Assembly: GCA_963789955.1 (NCBI GenBank)
Contig: CAWBMV010000037.1
Location: forward strand, 160,001 to 224,000
Direction: 5' to 3'
Length of the DNA: 64,000 nucleotides
Source of the DNA: an uncultured Candidatus Rokubacteria bacterium
GTDB lineage: Bacteria > Methylomirabilota > Methylomirabilia > Rokubacteriales > CSP1-6
In this document: positions 1 to 10,579 of the stretch, in pieces
Position numbering within the stretch: the stretch's first letter is position 1
How the letters are laid out: every line of letters begins with the position of its first letter
Made by a program: the position numbers and the translations under genes
Notes under the pieces: generated by a model
Database searches by the model: none
The model's input: only the letters and a program-made list of their open reading frames with translations
What the model was told of the DNA's origin: nothing

Positions 1-853
1 GTTCAAGGTCCCGGTGTTCTCCACCCAGGCCTCGGCGCGTCAGGTCACGGAGAAGCACCTGAACTTCACGTTCCGCACGCACGTGATCGATCCCGATCGC
101 TGCGTAATGTGGACGCGCTGGGCCAAGGAGCGCGGCTTCAAGCGGGTCGCGCTGATCACGGAGAACACCGACTACGGCGTGGGCCTGGTCGACGAGACCA
201 AGAAGGCGTTCGCGTCGCTGTACCCGGGCGCTGAGCTCAAGACGATCATCTTCGACCGCGCGGTGGTCGATCTCACGCCGCAGCTCCTCGAGATCAAGAA
301 CTGGAAGCCGGACGCGCTGTTCAACGGCGGGATCGGCACGCCGACGTACCTGATCGCCAAGCAGGCCTGGGACGTGGGGCTGACGCCGGCGGTGCCCACG
401 CTCATCTCCTACGACGCGCCGTCGCGGCCGGAGTACTGGAAGAACCTGGGCGAGAAGGGCAACTACGCCTCGTTCATCGTCTACTACCATCCGACGATGC
501 GCCTGACGACGCGCGGCGAGGCCTTCCGCAAGAAGTACATGGCCGAGTTCAAGGAGGATCCGATCTACGGCGCGCTGAACGGCTACGCTCAGGTCGTCCT
601 GCTCGCCGACGCGCTCAACGCGGCCAAGAGCGACAACACCGACGCTCTGGTCAAGGCGCTGCTGGCCGGCAAGTTCGAGGGCTGGAACGGCACGATCAGC
701 TTCACGCACGGCGAGGGCCCGTACTGGCAGCAGTGGTCGCCGCCGATGCTGGTGGTTCAGTACACCAAGCCGGAGATGCCGTTCGCCGATGCGAAGATCG
801 TCTACCCGGCCGAGCTGAAGACGGGGGAGTGGATGGCAACGCCCAAGCAATAG
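1..853 (+). CDS. Branched-chain amino acid (HAAT) ABC transporter substrate-binding protein, 5' truncated by window edge
   Basis: LivK-type motifs (ENTDYG, D(L)TPQLLEIK, FEGWNGTISF); followed by a LivH-type permease. Confidence 0.85.
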   Translation, partial: FKVPVFSTQASARQVTEKHLNFTFRTHVIDPDRCVMWTRWAKERGFKRVALITENTDYGVGLVDETKKAFASLYPGAELKTIIFDRAVVDLTPQLLEIKNWKPDALFNGGIGTPTYLIAKQAWDVGLTPAVPTLISYDAPSRPEYWKNLGEKGNYASFIVYYHPTMRLTTRGEAFRKKYMAEFKEDPIYGALNGYAQVVLLADALNAAKSDNTDALVKALLAGKFEGWNGTISFTHGEGPYWQQWSPPMLVVQYTKPEMPFADAKIVYPAELKTGEWMATPKQ

Positions 854-869
854 TTGCTGAGCGCCGTCC

Positions 870-1760
870 TTGGACGCGCTGCTCCTCTCCCAGTACGTGC
901 TCTCCGGGCTGGTCATCGGCGTGATCTACAGCCTGATGGCCCTCGGGATCACCTTCATCTACAGCATCATGAAGATGATCAACTGGGGGATGGGCGAGTT
1001 CTACATGATCGGCAGCTACGTGCAGTACGCGCTGATCGTGAACCTGGTTGGCCCCCGTCGCTGGTACCTGGCGCTCCCGCTGGCGATGGGGGCCGTGTTT
1101 CTGCTCGGGCTGGTCGTCCAGCGGTTTCTCCTGCGGCCGATGTTCGTGGGCGGCATCGAGCGCCGCGACGAGTACGCGACAATCATCACGATCGCGTTGA
1201 TGGTCTTCTTCCGCAACCTGGCGATCGTCCTCGGCGGGCCGAACCAGTACGCACCGCCCGACTACGCCCGGCCCGTGACGCTCGGCACGCTACCGATCTC
1301 GGGAAACCGCTTCGTCGCGCTGATCGCGACGCTCGTGCTGCTCGGCCTCTTCTATCTGGTGATCAAGAAGACCTGGATCGGCCGCGCGCTGCGAGGCGCC
1401 GCTCAGAACCGCGTGGGCATCCAGACGGCCGGCATCGACGTTCTCCGGCTGGACATGCTGGCGTTCGGCATCGGCGTGGCTCTCGCGGCCGCGGCCGGCG
1501 CGCTCCTGGCGCCCGACTTCCTCGTCTATCCCGAGAACGGCGCGATCTCGACCTTCAAAGGCTTCGAGATCATCGTCATCGGCGGCCTCGGCTCGATCCT
1601 CGGCAGCATCGTGGGCGGCGTGCTGTTGGGCGTGATCGAAGCGCTCGGCTCCGTTTTCATCTCGGCCGCCTACAAAGACCTCTACGGCTTCCTGCTGCTC
1701 ATCGCGCTGCTCGTCTTTCGTCCCACCGGGCTCTTCGGCGAGCGCGAGCGGAGCGTGTGA
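870..1760 (+). CDS. livH: HAAT ABC transporter permease (LivH-like)
   Basis: GLVIGVIYSLMALGITFIY...INWGMGEFYM; IGGLGSILG; FRPTGLFG C-terminus. Confidence 0.9.
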   Translation: MDALLLSQYVLSGLVIGVIYSLMALGITFIYSIMKMINWGMGEFYMIGSYVQYALIVNLVGPRRWYLALPLAMGAVFLLGLVVQRFLLRPMFVGGIERRDEYATIITIALMVFFRNLAIVLGGPNQYAPPDYARPVTLGTLPISGNRFVALIATLVLLGLFYLVIKKTWIGRALRGAAQNRVGIQTAGIDVLRLDMLAFGIGVALAAAAGALLAPDFLVYPENGAISTFKGFEIIVIGGLGSILGSIVGGVLLGVIEALGSVFISAAYKDLYGFLLLIALLVFRPTGLFGERERSV

Positions 1761-1794
1761 GCCGGCTGATCTTCGTCGAGGGCTTCCCTGGCGG

Positions 1795-3038
1795 CTCAAG
1801 ACCGGCCTGAACGCGGCCGGGAGTCGCTTGATGCCGTGCACGAAGTTGGAGCGGAGCTTCTCGGGCTTGCCCGTTGCTTCGATGTCCGGGAGCCGCCGGA
1901 GCAGCTCGGTCATCATCACGACGACTTCGCGGCGCGCGAGATGCGAGCCGAGGCAGAAGTGCGGGCCCCCGGTCCCGAACCCGCCCTGATGATTCGGCTC
2001 GCGCGTGATGTCGAAGCGGTAGGGATCCTTGAAGTGCGCCTCGTCGCGGTTGGCCGAGATGTACCACATCGCGACCTTGGTGCCCTTGAGCATCTCGACG
2101 CCGCCGAATGTGACGTCGCGCGTGAGCGTCCGGCGCATGTGCATGACCGGGCTGCCCCACCGGACGATCTCCTCAGCCGCGGTGATCGCGTGCCCCTCGA
2201 GATCTTGCAGCCATCGCCGCTTCTCGTCCGGGAACTGGGTGAGCGCCCAGAGCCCGTGGCTGATCGCGTTCCGCGTGGTCTCGTTGCCGGCGGCGATGAG
2301 CAGCAGGATGAACGGCCCGAGATCCTCCGGCGGCAGTGCTTCGCCGTCGAGCTCGGCGTGGACGAGCGTCGTCGCGATGTCTTCCTGCGGGTGCTCCAGG
2401 CGGCTCTTGCCGAGCCAGAGGCCGTAGTCGCGCAGCTCGTGACCCGCTTGCGCCAGTGACTCCTTCGTCCCGCCGTACTCCGGGTCGCCGCCCGCCAGCA
2501 GCCGGTTCGTGAGGTCGAGCACCCGCGGGCGGTCGGCCTCGGGCACCCCGACCATGTCGCAGATGATCGCGACCGGCAGGGCCGCGGACACCTCGGACAC
2601 GAACTCTACCCTGCCCTTGGGCGCGATCGTGTCGAGGATCTCGCGCGCCCGGCGCCGCACTGAATCCTCGGCCTTCGCGACCATGCGGGGCGTGAAGCCG
2701 CGATTCACGATCGAGCGGAGCTTCGTGTGCTTCGGCGGATCGGTGGAGATCATCGATCGAATGCCGATGCGATCCGTGTCCTCCGGATCCGTCAGCACCT
2801 GGATGCCGTAGGCCGAGCTGAACGTCTCCCAGTCGCGCGAGGCGGCGACGATGTCGTCGAAGCGGGTCAGCGACCAGAACCCGCGCCCGGAGTCGGGGTG
2901 CTGATGCCAGGCGATCGGCCGCTCCCGGCGCAGGCGGGCCAGCGCGCCCTCGACGTCGTCCCGGAGCCAGAAGTCGAAGCTCCCCGGATTGATCTCGTCC
3001 AGGGCAAGGCTGGTCGTGGGAGTGGGAACGTCGCTCAT
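1795..3038 (-). CDS. Cytochrome P450 (CYP125/142/124-like); stop probably hidden by a 1-nt indel near 1798
   Basis: AGNETT I-helix, EEIVR (ExxR), FGTGGPHFCLG heme motif; homology ends at KRLPAAFRPV. Confidence 0.92.
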
Positions 3039-3094
3039 AGGCCCTCCAATCGAGTACCCCATTCGCTACACTCTGGTCAAGGACGGTACCTGAC

Positions 3095-3289
3095 ATGCGA
3101 GTGGTGGTCGACTACACGCTGTGCGAGAGCAACGCAGTATGCATGCGCCTGGTGCCCGAGGTCTTCGAGGTGCGCGACGATGACCGGCTCTACCTACGGA
3201 CGGAACGCCCGCCCGAAGCTCTGAGAGCCCGGGTGGACGAAGCCGTTCGCCGCTGCCCAAAGCAGGCGCTCTCGCTGATCGACGACTAG
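3095..3289 (+). CDS. Ferredoxin ([3Fe-4S] type, likely P450 partner)
   Basis: CESNAVC...CP motif, 64 aa, divergent from the P450. Confidence 0.88.
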   Translation: MRVVVDYTLCESNAVCMRLVPEVFEVRDDDRLYLRTERPPEALRARVDEAVRRCPKQALSLIDD

Positions 3290-3306
3290 GGACCGTCGCC
3301 GGACCT

Positions 3307-4141
3307 TCAGCGCATCTTCCACACCGGCTTGCGCTTCTCGCGGAAGGCGCGCGGGCCCTCGGCGCCATCCTCGCTCTCGGCGATCTCCTGATCGAGCTGA
3401 CGCGCGTAGGAGACGAGGGACGGATCGAACGCCGCGGTCAGCCGGTAGAGACGGACCGCGGCCTGCACGGCGAGCGGCGAGCTGTCGCAGATCATCTCCG
3501 CCATCTCCTCGCACGTGGCCATCAGCTTCCCTCGCGGGACCACCTTGTTGACGATGGCCTGGCGGTAGCACTCGTCGGCGGTGAGCTTGCCGTTGCACAA
3601 GGTCAGGTAGGCCGCGGTGGTACGCGGCAGCGCCGCATAGAGGTTGTGCGCCGAGCCCAACCGCCCGACCTTGGTGTGGGTATCGCCGATCTACGCGGTG
3701 TCCGCCATAACGCGAAGCTGGCATTGCAACGCCAGCGACAGACCGACGCCGACCGCGAAGCCATTGATCGCGGCGATCAGCGGCTTCTCCAGATTCGCGT
3801 CGCTCGGCTGGCCGCCGCCGCCCCAGTGGAACAAGCGGGTTGTTGGGATCCTCGTGCGGAGTCCGCTTGCCCTGGGCCTGATACCCGGCCAGGAACTTCA
3901 CGTCGCGGCCGGCGCAGAACGCCTCGCCCGTGCCGGTAACGATCCCGACGTAGATGTTCGGATCGAGGCCGATGTCCCGCCAGCAGGACCGCAGCTCGGC
4001 GTAGGCGTAGCTGTGCAGCGCGTTGCGCACCTCGGGGCGGTTGATCGTCACGAACGCGACGTGCCCCTTCTTCTCGTAGATCACGTGCTCGAGGCTCTTG
4101 GGCATCGTCGAGGGATCGTACGGCGACTCATATCTCGGCAT
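3307..4141 (-). CDS. Enoyl-CoA hydratase/isomerase (crotonase family), frameshifted
   Basis: [30 protein letters not shown] and [12 protein letters not shown] pieces spread over three frames. Confidence 0.85.
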
Positions 4142-4190
4142 CGCGAAGCTCCATCAGTAGCAGGTGAGCTGCATCTGGCACGCCGGCCGA

Positions 4191-5171
4191 CTAGTCCGAT
4201 TGTCGCTCAGGCCTGAACACGGGCGCCAGCGCGGGGACACGCGCAACGAGGCGCACGCCAACGGCGCGGAAGATTCCGACCAGGCCGTTGGGGTAGCCGC
4301 GAGCGATGAGGATCACGAGCAGGGCGAAGAGCACCATGCGGACCTCGCCCCAGGCTCGGAGCGCTTCCGAGAGCCCCTCGATGAACACCGCGCCGAGGAT
4401 GGGTCCGGCGAAGGTGCGCAGGCCGCCCACGATCACCATGACGACGATCATGGCCATCTCGTTGAACTTCATCGGCGTCGGCGAGAGCAGGCCCACGTAG
4501 TGGCCCTGGAACCCGCCGGCGACCGCCGCGAAGACGGCGGAGATCGCGAAGACGAACCGTTTCCACCTGAACGTGTCCACGCCCATGACCGAGGCCGCTT
4601 CCTCGTCGTCGCGGATCGCGCGCATGTACGAGCCGATTCGCGAGTCCATCAGCTCGCGCGCGGCGAGGGCCGCCACGATCGCGAGGCCCAGGAAGAGGAA
4701 GTAGTACGGCGTCGGGCGCGGAGTGCCGAACAGGAATGGCGCGGCCAGTCCGAGATCGCCTCGGGTGATCTCGTACTCGACCGTGATCAGGAGCCGCATC
4801 GACTCGGCAAAGGCCCAGGTGGCAAGCGCCAGGTAGATCGCGCGCATCCGCAGGCACAAGGTGCCGAGGCCGTATCCCATCGCGGCGGCCACCACGGCCC
4901 CGGCGGCGATGCCCACGAGGATCGGCACATGCGCGTAGAGCACGAGCAACGCCGAGGTGTAGGCGCCGATACCCGCGAACGTGTGATGAGCCAGCGAGAA
5001 CTGGCCGGTGTAGCCGGCGAGCAGATTCCAGCCGATGGCCAGAATCACGTAGTAGAGGCTGATCACGAGGACGTGCGTGTGATATTCCGAGGCGGCCCAC
5101 GGCACCCAGGCGAGCCCCGCGTACGCGAGCAGGCACCAGCCGAGGCGGCGAACGCGCCGTGACAGGCTCAG
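4191..5171 (-). CDS. livM: HAAT ABC transporter permease (LivM-like); start approximate
   Basis: GWNLLAGYTGQFSLAH, AIRDDEEAASVMGV, VIVGGLRTFAGPILG. Confidence 0.88.
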   Translation of the reverse strand: MSLSRRVRRLGWCLLAYAGLAWVPWAASEYHTHVLVISLYYVILAIGWNLLAGYTGQFSLAHHTFAGIGAYTSALLVLYAHVPILVGIAAGAVVAAAMGYGLGTLCLRMRAIYLALATWAFAESMRLLITVEYEITRGDLGLAAPFLFGTPRPTPYYFLFLGLAIVAALAARELMDSRIGSYMRAIRDDEEAASVMGVDTFRWKRFVFAISAVFAAVAGGFQGHYVGLLSPTPMKFNEMAMIVVMVIVGGLRTFAGPILGAVFIEGLSEALRAWGEVRMVLFALLVILIARGYPNGLVGIFRAVGVRLVARVPALAPVFRPERQSD

Positions 5172-5890
5172 GCTCCGAGGAGCGCGTCGCGAATGATCTC
5201 GCGAAGCTGGTCGGCGAAGGCTTGCCGCGGTCCCTCGCGGCCCACCCGGCCCATCTCGAGCATGTAGAGATAGTCGGAGATCTCGACGGCCTTCGTGATG
5301 TTCTGGTCGACCAGCAGGATGGTCACGCCGGCGGCCTGGACCTCGCGAAGCCGCTCGTAGACCTGGTCGGCGATGCGGGGCGCCAGCCCTGCCGAAGGCT
5401 CGTCGACCAGGAGCAGGCTCGGCGCCGTCACCAGCTCCTTCGCGACCGAGAGCATCTTCGCCTCGCCGCCCGAGAGTACCGTGGCGCGGAGCCGGCGCTT
5501 TTCCGCCAGGCGCGGGAACGCCGTATAGGCGCGCTCGAGCATCGCCGCCACCCGCGCGCGATCGCGGCGGAAGATCCACGTCCCGATCTGGAGGTTTTCC
5601 TCGACCGTGAGCTGGGGAAAGATGTTCGCGCTCTGCGGCACGTAGCCGATCCCGAGCCGCTTCAGCGCGTGGGGCGCCAGACTTGCGATGTCGCGTCCGT
5701 CGTAGACGATCCGGCCAGTCCGCGGACGCAGAAAGCCGAAGATCGTCTTGAGCGACGTCGATTTCCCGGCGCCGTTAGCCCCGATGATCCCGGTCACGGT
5801 GCCGCGGGCGACGCCGAGGGTCAGGCCGTTCAGGATGTCGATGCCGTCGACGTACCCCGCGACGACCCGGTCGAGCTCGAGCAGCGCCAC
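5168..5890 (-). CDS. livF: HAAT ABC transporter ATP-binding protein (LivF-like)
   Basis: GANGAGKST Walker A, LSGGE, LLLVDEPSAGLAP. Confidence 0.9.
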   Translation of the reverse strand: MALLELDRVVAGYVDGIDILNGLTLGVARGTVTGIIGANGAGKSTSLKTIFGFLRPRTGRIVYDGRDIASLAPHALKRLGIGYVPQSANIFPQLTVEENLQIGTWIFRRDRARVAAMLERAYTAFPRLAEKRRLRATVLSGGEAKMLSVAKELVTAPSLLLVDEPSAGLAPRIADQVYERLREVQAAGVTILLVDQNITKAVEISDYLYMLEMGRVGREGPRQAFADQLREIIRDALLGA

Positions 5891-6646
5891 CTAGCGCCCC
5901 AGGTAGGCTTCGAGCACCACGGCGTGGTTGGCGACTTCTTCGAAGGATCCCTCGGCAATGAGCTTGCCCTCGTGCATGACCGACACGCGCCGGCACAGCC
6001 GGCGCAACGTCGCCATTTCGTGCGAGACGATGAGGAACGTCACGCCCTCCGTGCGATTCATCCCAAGGATCGTCTCCATAATCGTGTCCTTGATCGTCGG
6101 GTGCACGCCCGCGAAGGGCTCGTCCATCAAGAACAGGCGGATCGGGTGCACCATGAGGCCGCGCGCAATCTGCAACAGCATGCCCTGCCCGCCCGACAGC
6201 TCCTTGGCCGGCGCGTGGCGATGCCCGTCGAGCGTCACGAGCTCGAGCAGCCGGCGCGCGCGGTCGCGGATCTCCCGCATCGGACGGTGGCCTTCGCGGC
6301 CGAGCTCGGCCAGGGCCGGCAGCAGGACATTCTCCATCACGGTCATGCTGCCGAAGACTTTCGGCGTCTGGAAGGTCCGCGCGACACCGCGCGCGGTGAT
6401 CTCGTGCGGCCGCAGCCGGTCGATGCGCTCACTCGCGAGCCGGATCTCACCCGCGTCGGCGTGGTAGAGCCCCGACATCAAGTTGACGGTGGTCGTCTTG
6501 CCGGAGCCATTGGGCCCGATGAGCCCGCGGATCTCGCCGGAACGAATCGCGAGCGGGAGATCGTCCACCGCGACCAGCCCTCCGAATCGCTTCGTGAGGC
6601 CGCGCGTCTCGAGCAGCCATCCGTTCGAGCCGCCGGCGCCGCTCAC
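5891..6646 (-). CDS. livG: HAAT ABC transporter ATP-binding protein (LivG-like)
   Basis: KRFGGLVAV, GPNGSGKTT, ARTFQ, EAYLG; GTG start overlaps the upstream stop. Confidence 0.9.
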   Translation of the reverse strand: MSGAGGSNGWLLETRGLTKRFGGLVAVDDLPLAIRSGEIRGLIGPNGSGKTTTVNLMSGLYHADAGEIRLASERIDRLRPHEITARGVARTFQTPKVFGSMTVMENVLLPALAELGREGHRPMREIRDRARRLLELVTLDGHRHAPAKELSGGQGMLLQIARGLMVHPIRLFLMDEPFAGVHPTIKDTIMETILGMNRTEGVTFLIVSHEMATLRRLCRRVSVMHEGKLIAEGSFEEVANHAVVLEAYLGR

Positions 6647-7002
6647 TGAAGCGGCTCCCAGAAGCGCTGGATCTCGATCAGGTAGCCGTTCGGGTCCCGG
6701 ACGAAGGCGTTGTAGATGCGATAGGGCGGATTGTCGGCAGGCTCCTTGACGAGCTCCACGCCCTCGCGCTCGAGCTGCGCGCACCACTCGTCGACCCGGT
6801 CGGTCACGAAGGTCAGGGTGATGCCGCGCGGCTCCGCCGGCGCGTCCGCTCGCTGGCAGAAGCCGACATACGCGTTACCGCTGACGTGGTAGATGCGGCA
6901 GCTCCCCTGATCGCGAGCCAGCCGCAGACCGAGAACGCGCTCGTAGAATTCACAGGTGCGCGTGAGATCGCGCGTGTCGAGAAAGGTAATCTGCTGAATC
7001 AG
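6643..7002 (-). CDS. VOC/glyoxalase family protein (missed by the ORF track; non-ATG start)
   Basis: Manual translation LIQQITFLDTRDLTRTCEFYERVLGL...YNAFVRDPNGYLIEIQRFWEPLQ*. Confidence 0.8.
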   Translation of the reverse strand: MIQQITFLDTRDLTRTCEFYERVLGLRLARDQGSCRIYHVSGNAYVGFCQRADAPAEPRGITLTFVTDRVDEWCAQLEREGVELVKEPADNPPYRIYNAFVRDPNGYLIEIQRFWEPLQ

Positions 7003-7006
7003 ATGA

Positions 7007-7741
7007 TTACGCGGGCCGGGGCGCCAGGCCGGCGGCGAGCCCGGCGTGGACCATGTTCACGAGTGACACGATGTCGAACACGACGAGCCCGGTCTCGCGC
7101 TGGATATCCGCGGCGTACGGCGGCATGTTGGTGCACTCCAGCACGATCGCCCCGACGTCGGGATGCTCCGCGACGAGCCGGCGCGCGACGCGCACGTGCT
7201 CCTCGCGCGCGATGTCGACGTCGAGCACCATCTCGTTGTCGAGCATCACGCGGGTGAATTCCTTCTCGGTCTCCATCCCCGCGACGGCGATCGGGATGTC
7301 GCCGATGCCCGCGCCGGCGAAGTGCTCCGGCGTCAACCCGGCCGCGTTGACGGTCATGATGCCGACCCGGCGTCCCGGCCCGAGCAAGCGGTGCACGAGC
7401 GGGACCAGGAGCAGGCTCGACGTGAACACGGGCACGCGGACCGACGCGGCCAGCTCGCGCTGGAACTTCACGAGGAAGCCACAGTTGGTCGTGATCGCGC
7501 CGACCCCCTCGTGCTCGAGCCGCCGCGCGCCGTCGATGAACGCCGGCAAGAGCCCAGCGGCACCACGGCGCACGACCAGATCGGGCGCGGCACCGTCGAC
7601 GCGCTGGTAGCGCACCGGGAACGGGAAGGTCGTCGCGTTGCCCATGTCGCCCGGGATACGCGGAAATTGCGTGTCGAGCATGAGGATGCCGACGGTGAAC
7701 CCGAACTGATTGAAGCCGCCCTGGACTCGGCCGGATGTCAT
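7007..7741 (-). CDS. Aspartate/glutamate racemase family protein
   Basis: FPRIPGDMGNATTF, TTNCGF and LECTNMPPY catalytic-Cys motifs. Confidence 0.85.
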   Translation of the reverse strand: MTSGRVQGGFNQFGFTVGILMLDTQFPRIPGDMGNATTFPFPVRYQRVDGAAPDLVVRRGAAGLLPAFIDGARRLEHEGVGAITTNCGFLVKFQRELAASVRVPVFTSSLLLVPLVHRLLGPGRRVGIMTVNAAGLTPEHFAGAGIGDIPIAVAGMETEKEFTRVMLDNEMVLDVDIAREEHVRVARRLVAEHPDVGAIVLECTNMPPYAADIQRETGLVVFDIVSLVNMVHAGLAAGLAPRPA

Positions 7742-7826
7742 GGCCCCATACTCTACCCTGCTTCTTCCTTTCGGGGCCGGGTGAGCTTATCCTCGTCCGG
7801 CGGAGGGCCAGTCGCCCCTGAGCCAG

Positions 7827-8843
7827 ATGAAGATCGATATCTTCCCCCACGTCATGCCGCGCCGGTACTTTGACCGGATGCTGCAGGTGGCGCCGCCCGG
7901 GATGGCGCTCCAGAAGCGGATGTCGGGGATCCCGGTCCTGGTCGACGTCGAGCTGCGCCTGCGGATCATGGACCGCTACGAGGGCTACGTGCAGGTGCTG
8001 ACCCTGGCGAACCCTCCGATCGAGGTCGCCGGCGGCCCGGCCGTGAGCCCCGAGCTGGCTCAGCTGGCTAACGACGGGATGGCGGAGATCGTCGCCAAAT
8101 ACCCCGAGCGCTTTCCCGGGTTCGTCGCCTCGCTACCGATGAACAATCCCGACGCCGCGGTCCGCGAGATCGACCGCGCGATCGACCACCTGCACGCGAC
8201 CGGTGTCCAGATCTACACGAACGTCGCGGGGCGGGCGCTCGACGCGCCGGAGTATCGTCCGATCTTCGATCGAATGGCCCAGCGCGATCTGCCGATCTGG
8301 ATGCATCCGGCGCGCCCGGCCGCCTTCGCCGACTACGCGGGCGAGGCGCGCTCGAAGTTCGACATGTGGTGGGCGTTCGGCTGGCCGTACGAGACGTCGG
8401 TCGCGATGGGGCGTCTGGTGTTCTCGGGTATCTTCGACCGCCACCCCGGGCTGAAGATCATCACGCATCACCTGGGCGCCATGGTCCCGTTCTGCGCCGG
8501 GCGCGTGGGTGGCGGCCTCGACCAGCTCGGGAGCCGCAGCGACGATGCCGAGGACGCTCAGGCGCTCGCGCGACTCCGCAAGCGCCCGATCGACTACTTC
8601 AAGATGTTCTACGGCGACACCGCGCTGTTCGGCGCCTGGCACGCGATGGAGTCCGGGCTCGCGTTCTTCGGCGCCGACCACGTGCTGTTCGGGACCGACA
8701 TGCCGTTCGACCCCGAGAAGGGCCCGGGATTCATCCGCGATACGATCGAGGCGATGACGCGCATGCGCGCCACTGAAGAAGAGAAGGCGCAGATCTACGA
8801 CGGCAACGCGCGCCGGCTACTCCGGCTGCGGTTCAAATCATAG
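7827..8843 (+). CDS. Amidohydrolase_2 family protein (ACMSD/decarboxylase-like)
   Basis: IDIFPH, PIWMHP, ITHHLG, LFGTDMPF. Confidence 0.88.
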   Translation: MKIDIFPHVMPRRYFDRMLQVAPPGMALQKRMSGIPVLVDVELRLRIMDRYEGYVQVLTLANPPIEVAGGPAVSPELAQLANDGMAEIVAKYPERFPGFVASLPMNNPDAAVREIDRAIDHLHATGVQIYTNVAGRALDAPEYRPIFDRMAQRDLPIWMHPARPAAFADYAGEARSKFDMWWAFGWPYETSVAMGRLVFSGIFDRHPGLKIITHHLGAMVPFCAGRVGGGLDQLGSRSDDAEDAQALARLRKRPIDYFKMFYGDTALFGAWHAMESGLAFFGADHVLFGTDMPFDPEKGPGFIRDTIEAMTRMRATEEEKAQIYDGNARRLLRLRFKS

Positions 8844-8853
8844 GGAGACCACG

Positions 8854-10566
8854 ATGACCACCAAGCGAGCGAGCGTCGAAAGCACGGCCGATGCGTATCT
8901 CGAGCTCCTGGCCGCCCGCGGCGTCGAGTATTTCTTCGCCAACTCCGGGACCGATTTCGCACCGCTGATCGACGCCTACGCGCGGCGGCTGGCGCAGGGC
9001 CTGCCCGTGCCGCGGCCGATGACCATCCCGCACGAGGTGCCGGCGGTCGGCATGGCGCACGGCTACGCGCTGGTCACCGGTCGGCCTCAAGTGGTCATGG
9101 TTCACGTGATCGTCGGCGCCGGTAACGCCGTCGGGGGCATCATCAACGCCGCACGCTCGAACGTGCCGATCCTGTTCAGCGCCGGGCGCAACCCGCTCAC
9201 CGAGTCGGGCATGCACGGCAGCCGTAATCGCCCGATCCATTGGGCGCAGGAGTCCTTCGATCAGGCCGGGATGATCCGCGAATACGTGAAGTGGGATTAC
9301 GAGCTCAGGAACTTCTCCCAGCTCGAGACGGTCGTCGACCGCGCGCTGGCGGTCTCGCAGGCCGAGCCGCAGGGGCCGGTCTATCTGACCTTGCCGCGCG
9401 AAGTGCTCGCCGAGAAGCACGAGGTGTTCGAATATTCGGCGGCGAGTCGCGCCCCGAAGCCGGGCGCCGTCGTCGCGGCGCCAGAGACCATCGCCGAGAC
9501 AGCCCGGCTGCTGGTCGAGGCGCGCAACCCGATCATCCTCACGAAGGCCGCCGGCCGCGATCCGCTCGCCGTGCCGGCGTTGGTGAAGCTCGCCGAGGCG
9601 CTCGGCGCGCCCGTGATCGACCAGTTCCACACCTACATGAACTTCCCCCAGGATCACCCGCTGCACGCGGGCTTCGACGCGGCGCCGTACCTCGACGACG
9701 CCGACTGCATCGTGGCCGTCGAGTCCGACGTGCTGTGGTTCCCGGCGATCAAGGCACCGCGTCCCGAGACGAAGATCGTCCAGATCGCGGTGGACCCGCT
9801 CTACGCGCGCTATCCGATCAGGGGATTCCCGGCCGACGCGGCCCTGTCCGGCACGGTCAGCCTGAACCTGGCGGCGCTCGCGGACGCCGTGCGCCAGCGC
9901 GCCGACGGCCGCGCCGTGGCCGAGCGCGCGCAGCGCTGGCACGCCGAGCACCGGCGGCTGCGCGAGGCGTGGGCGGCCACCGCGAAGAAAGCCCAGAGCG
10001 AGAACCCGCTCGAGATGGTCTGGGTGTCGAAGTGCATCGGCGACCTCGTGGACGAGAACACGATCCTGGTCGACGAGTACGACTTCGACCCGACGCAGGG
10101 CTGCTTCCGTACGCCGCGGAGCTACTTCGGCTCCTCGCCGGCCGGCGGCCTCGGCTGGGGCATGGGCGCCGCGCTCGGCGCCAAGCTCGCGGCGCCGGAC
10201 AAGACCGTCATCTGCTGCGTCGGCGACGGTGCGTACATCTTCAGCGCGCCGACCGCAGCGCACTTCGTCGCGCGCGCCTACAACCTGCCCGTGCTGTTCG
10301 TCATCTTCAACAACCGCGCGTGGAACGCGGTCAAGCGCGCGGTTCACAGCCACGCGCCCGATGGCCTCGCCGCCACGACCAGACAGATGCCGCTCTCGGA
10401 CCTCGAGCCGGCGCCGGACTACGAGCTGATCTGCCGGGCCTCCGGCGGCCACGCCGAGAAGGTCGAGGACCCGGCGGCGCTGCCCGACGCGCTGGCGCGC
10501 GCGCTCAAGGTCGTCCGCGACGAGAAGCGCCAGGCGCTCCTGAATGTGATCTGCAAGAAACCGTAG
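8854..10566 (+). CDS. Thiamine pyrophosphate-requiring enzyme (acetolactate synthase-like family)
   Basis: ANSGTDFAP, HEVPAVGMAHG, GDGAY...NNRAW TPP motif. Confidence 0.9.
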   Translation: MTTKRASVESTADAYLELLAARGVEYFFANSGTDFAPLIDAYARRLAQGLPVPRPMTIPHEVPAVGMAHGYALVTGRPQVVMVHVIVGAGNAVGGIINAARSNVPILFSAGRNPLTESGMHGSRNRPIHWAQESFDQAGMIREYVKWDYELRNFSQLETVVDRALAVSQAEPQGPVYLTLPREVLAEKHEVFEYSAASRAPKPGAVVAAPETIAETARLLVEARNPIILTKAAGRDPLAVPALVKLAEALGAPVIDQFHTYMNFPQDHPLHAGFDAAPYLDDADCIVAVESDVLWFPAIKAPRPETKIVQIAVDPLYARYPIRGFPADAALSGTVSLNLAALADAVRQRADGRAVAERAQRWHAEHRRLREAWAATAKKAQSENPLEMVWVSKCIGDLVDENTILVDEYDFDPTQGCFRTPRSYFGSSPAGGLGWGMGAALGAKLAAPDKTVICCVGDGAYIFSAPTAAHFVARAYNLPVLFVIFNNRAWNAVKRAVHSHAPDGLAATTRQMPLSDLEPAPDYELICRASGGHAEKVEDPAALPDALARALKVVRDEKRQALLNVICKKP

Positions 10567-10579
10567 GTACAATGAGCTG

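Noticed and set aside
1290..3062. 590-aa P450 with a long C-terminal extension
   Set aside because: The extension is just antisense livH read through a probably corrupted stop near 1798.
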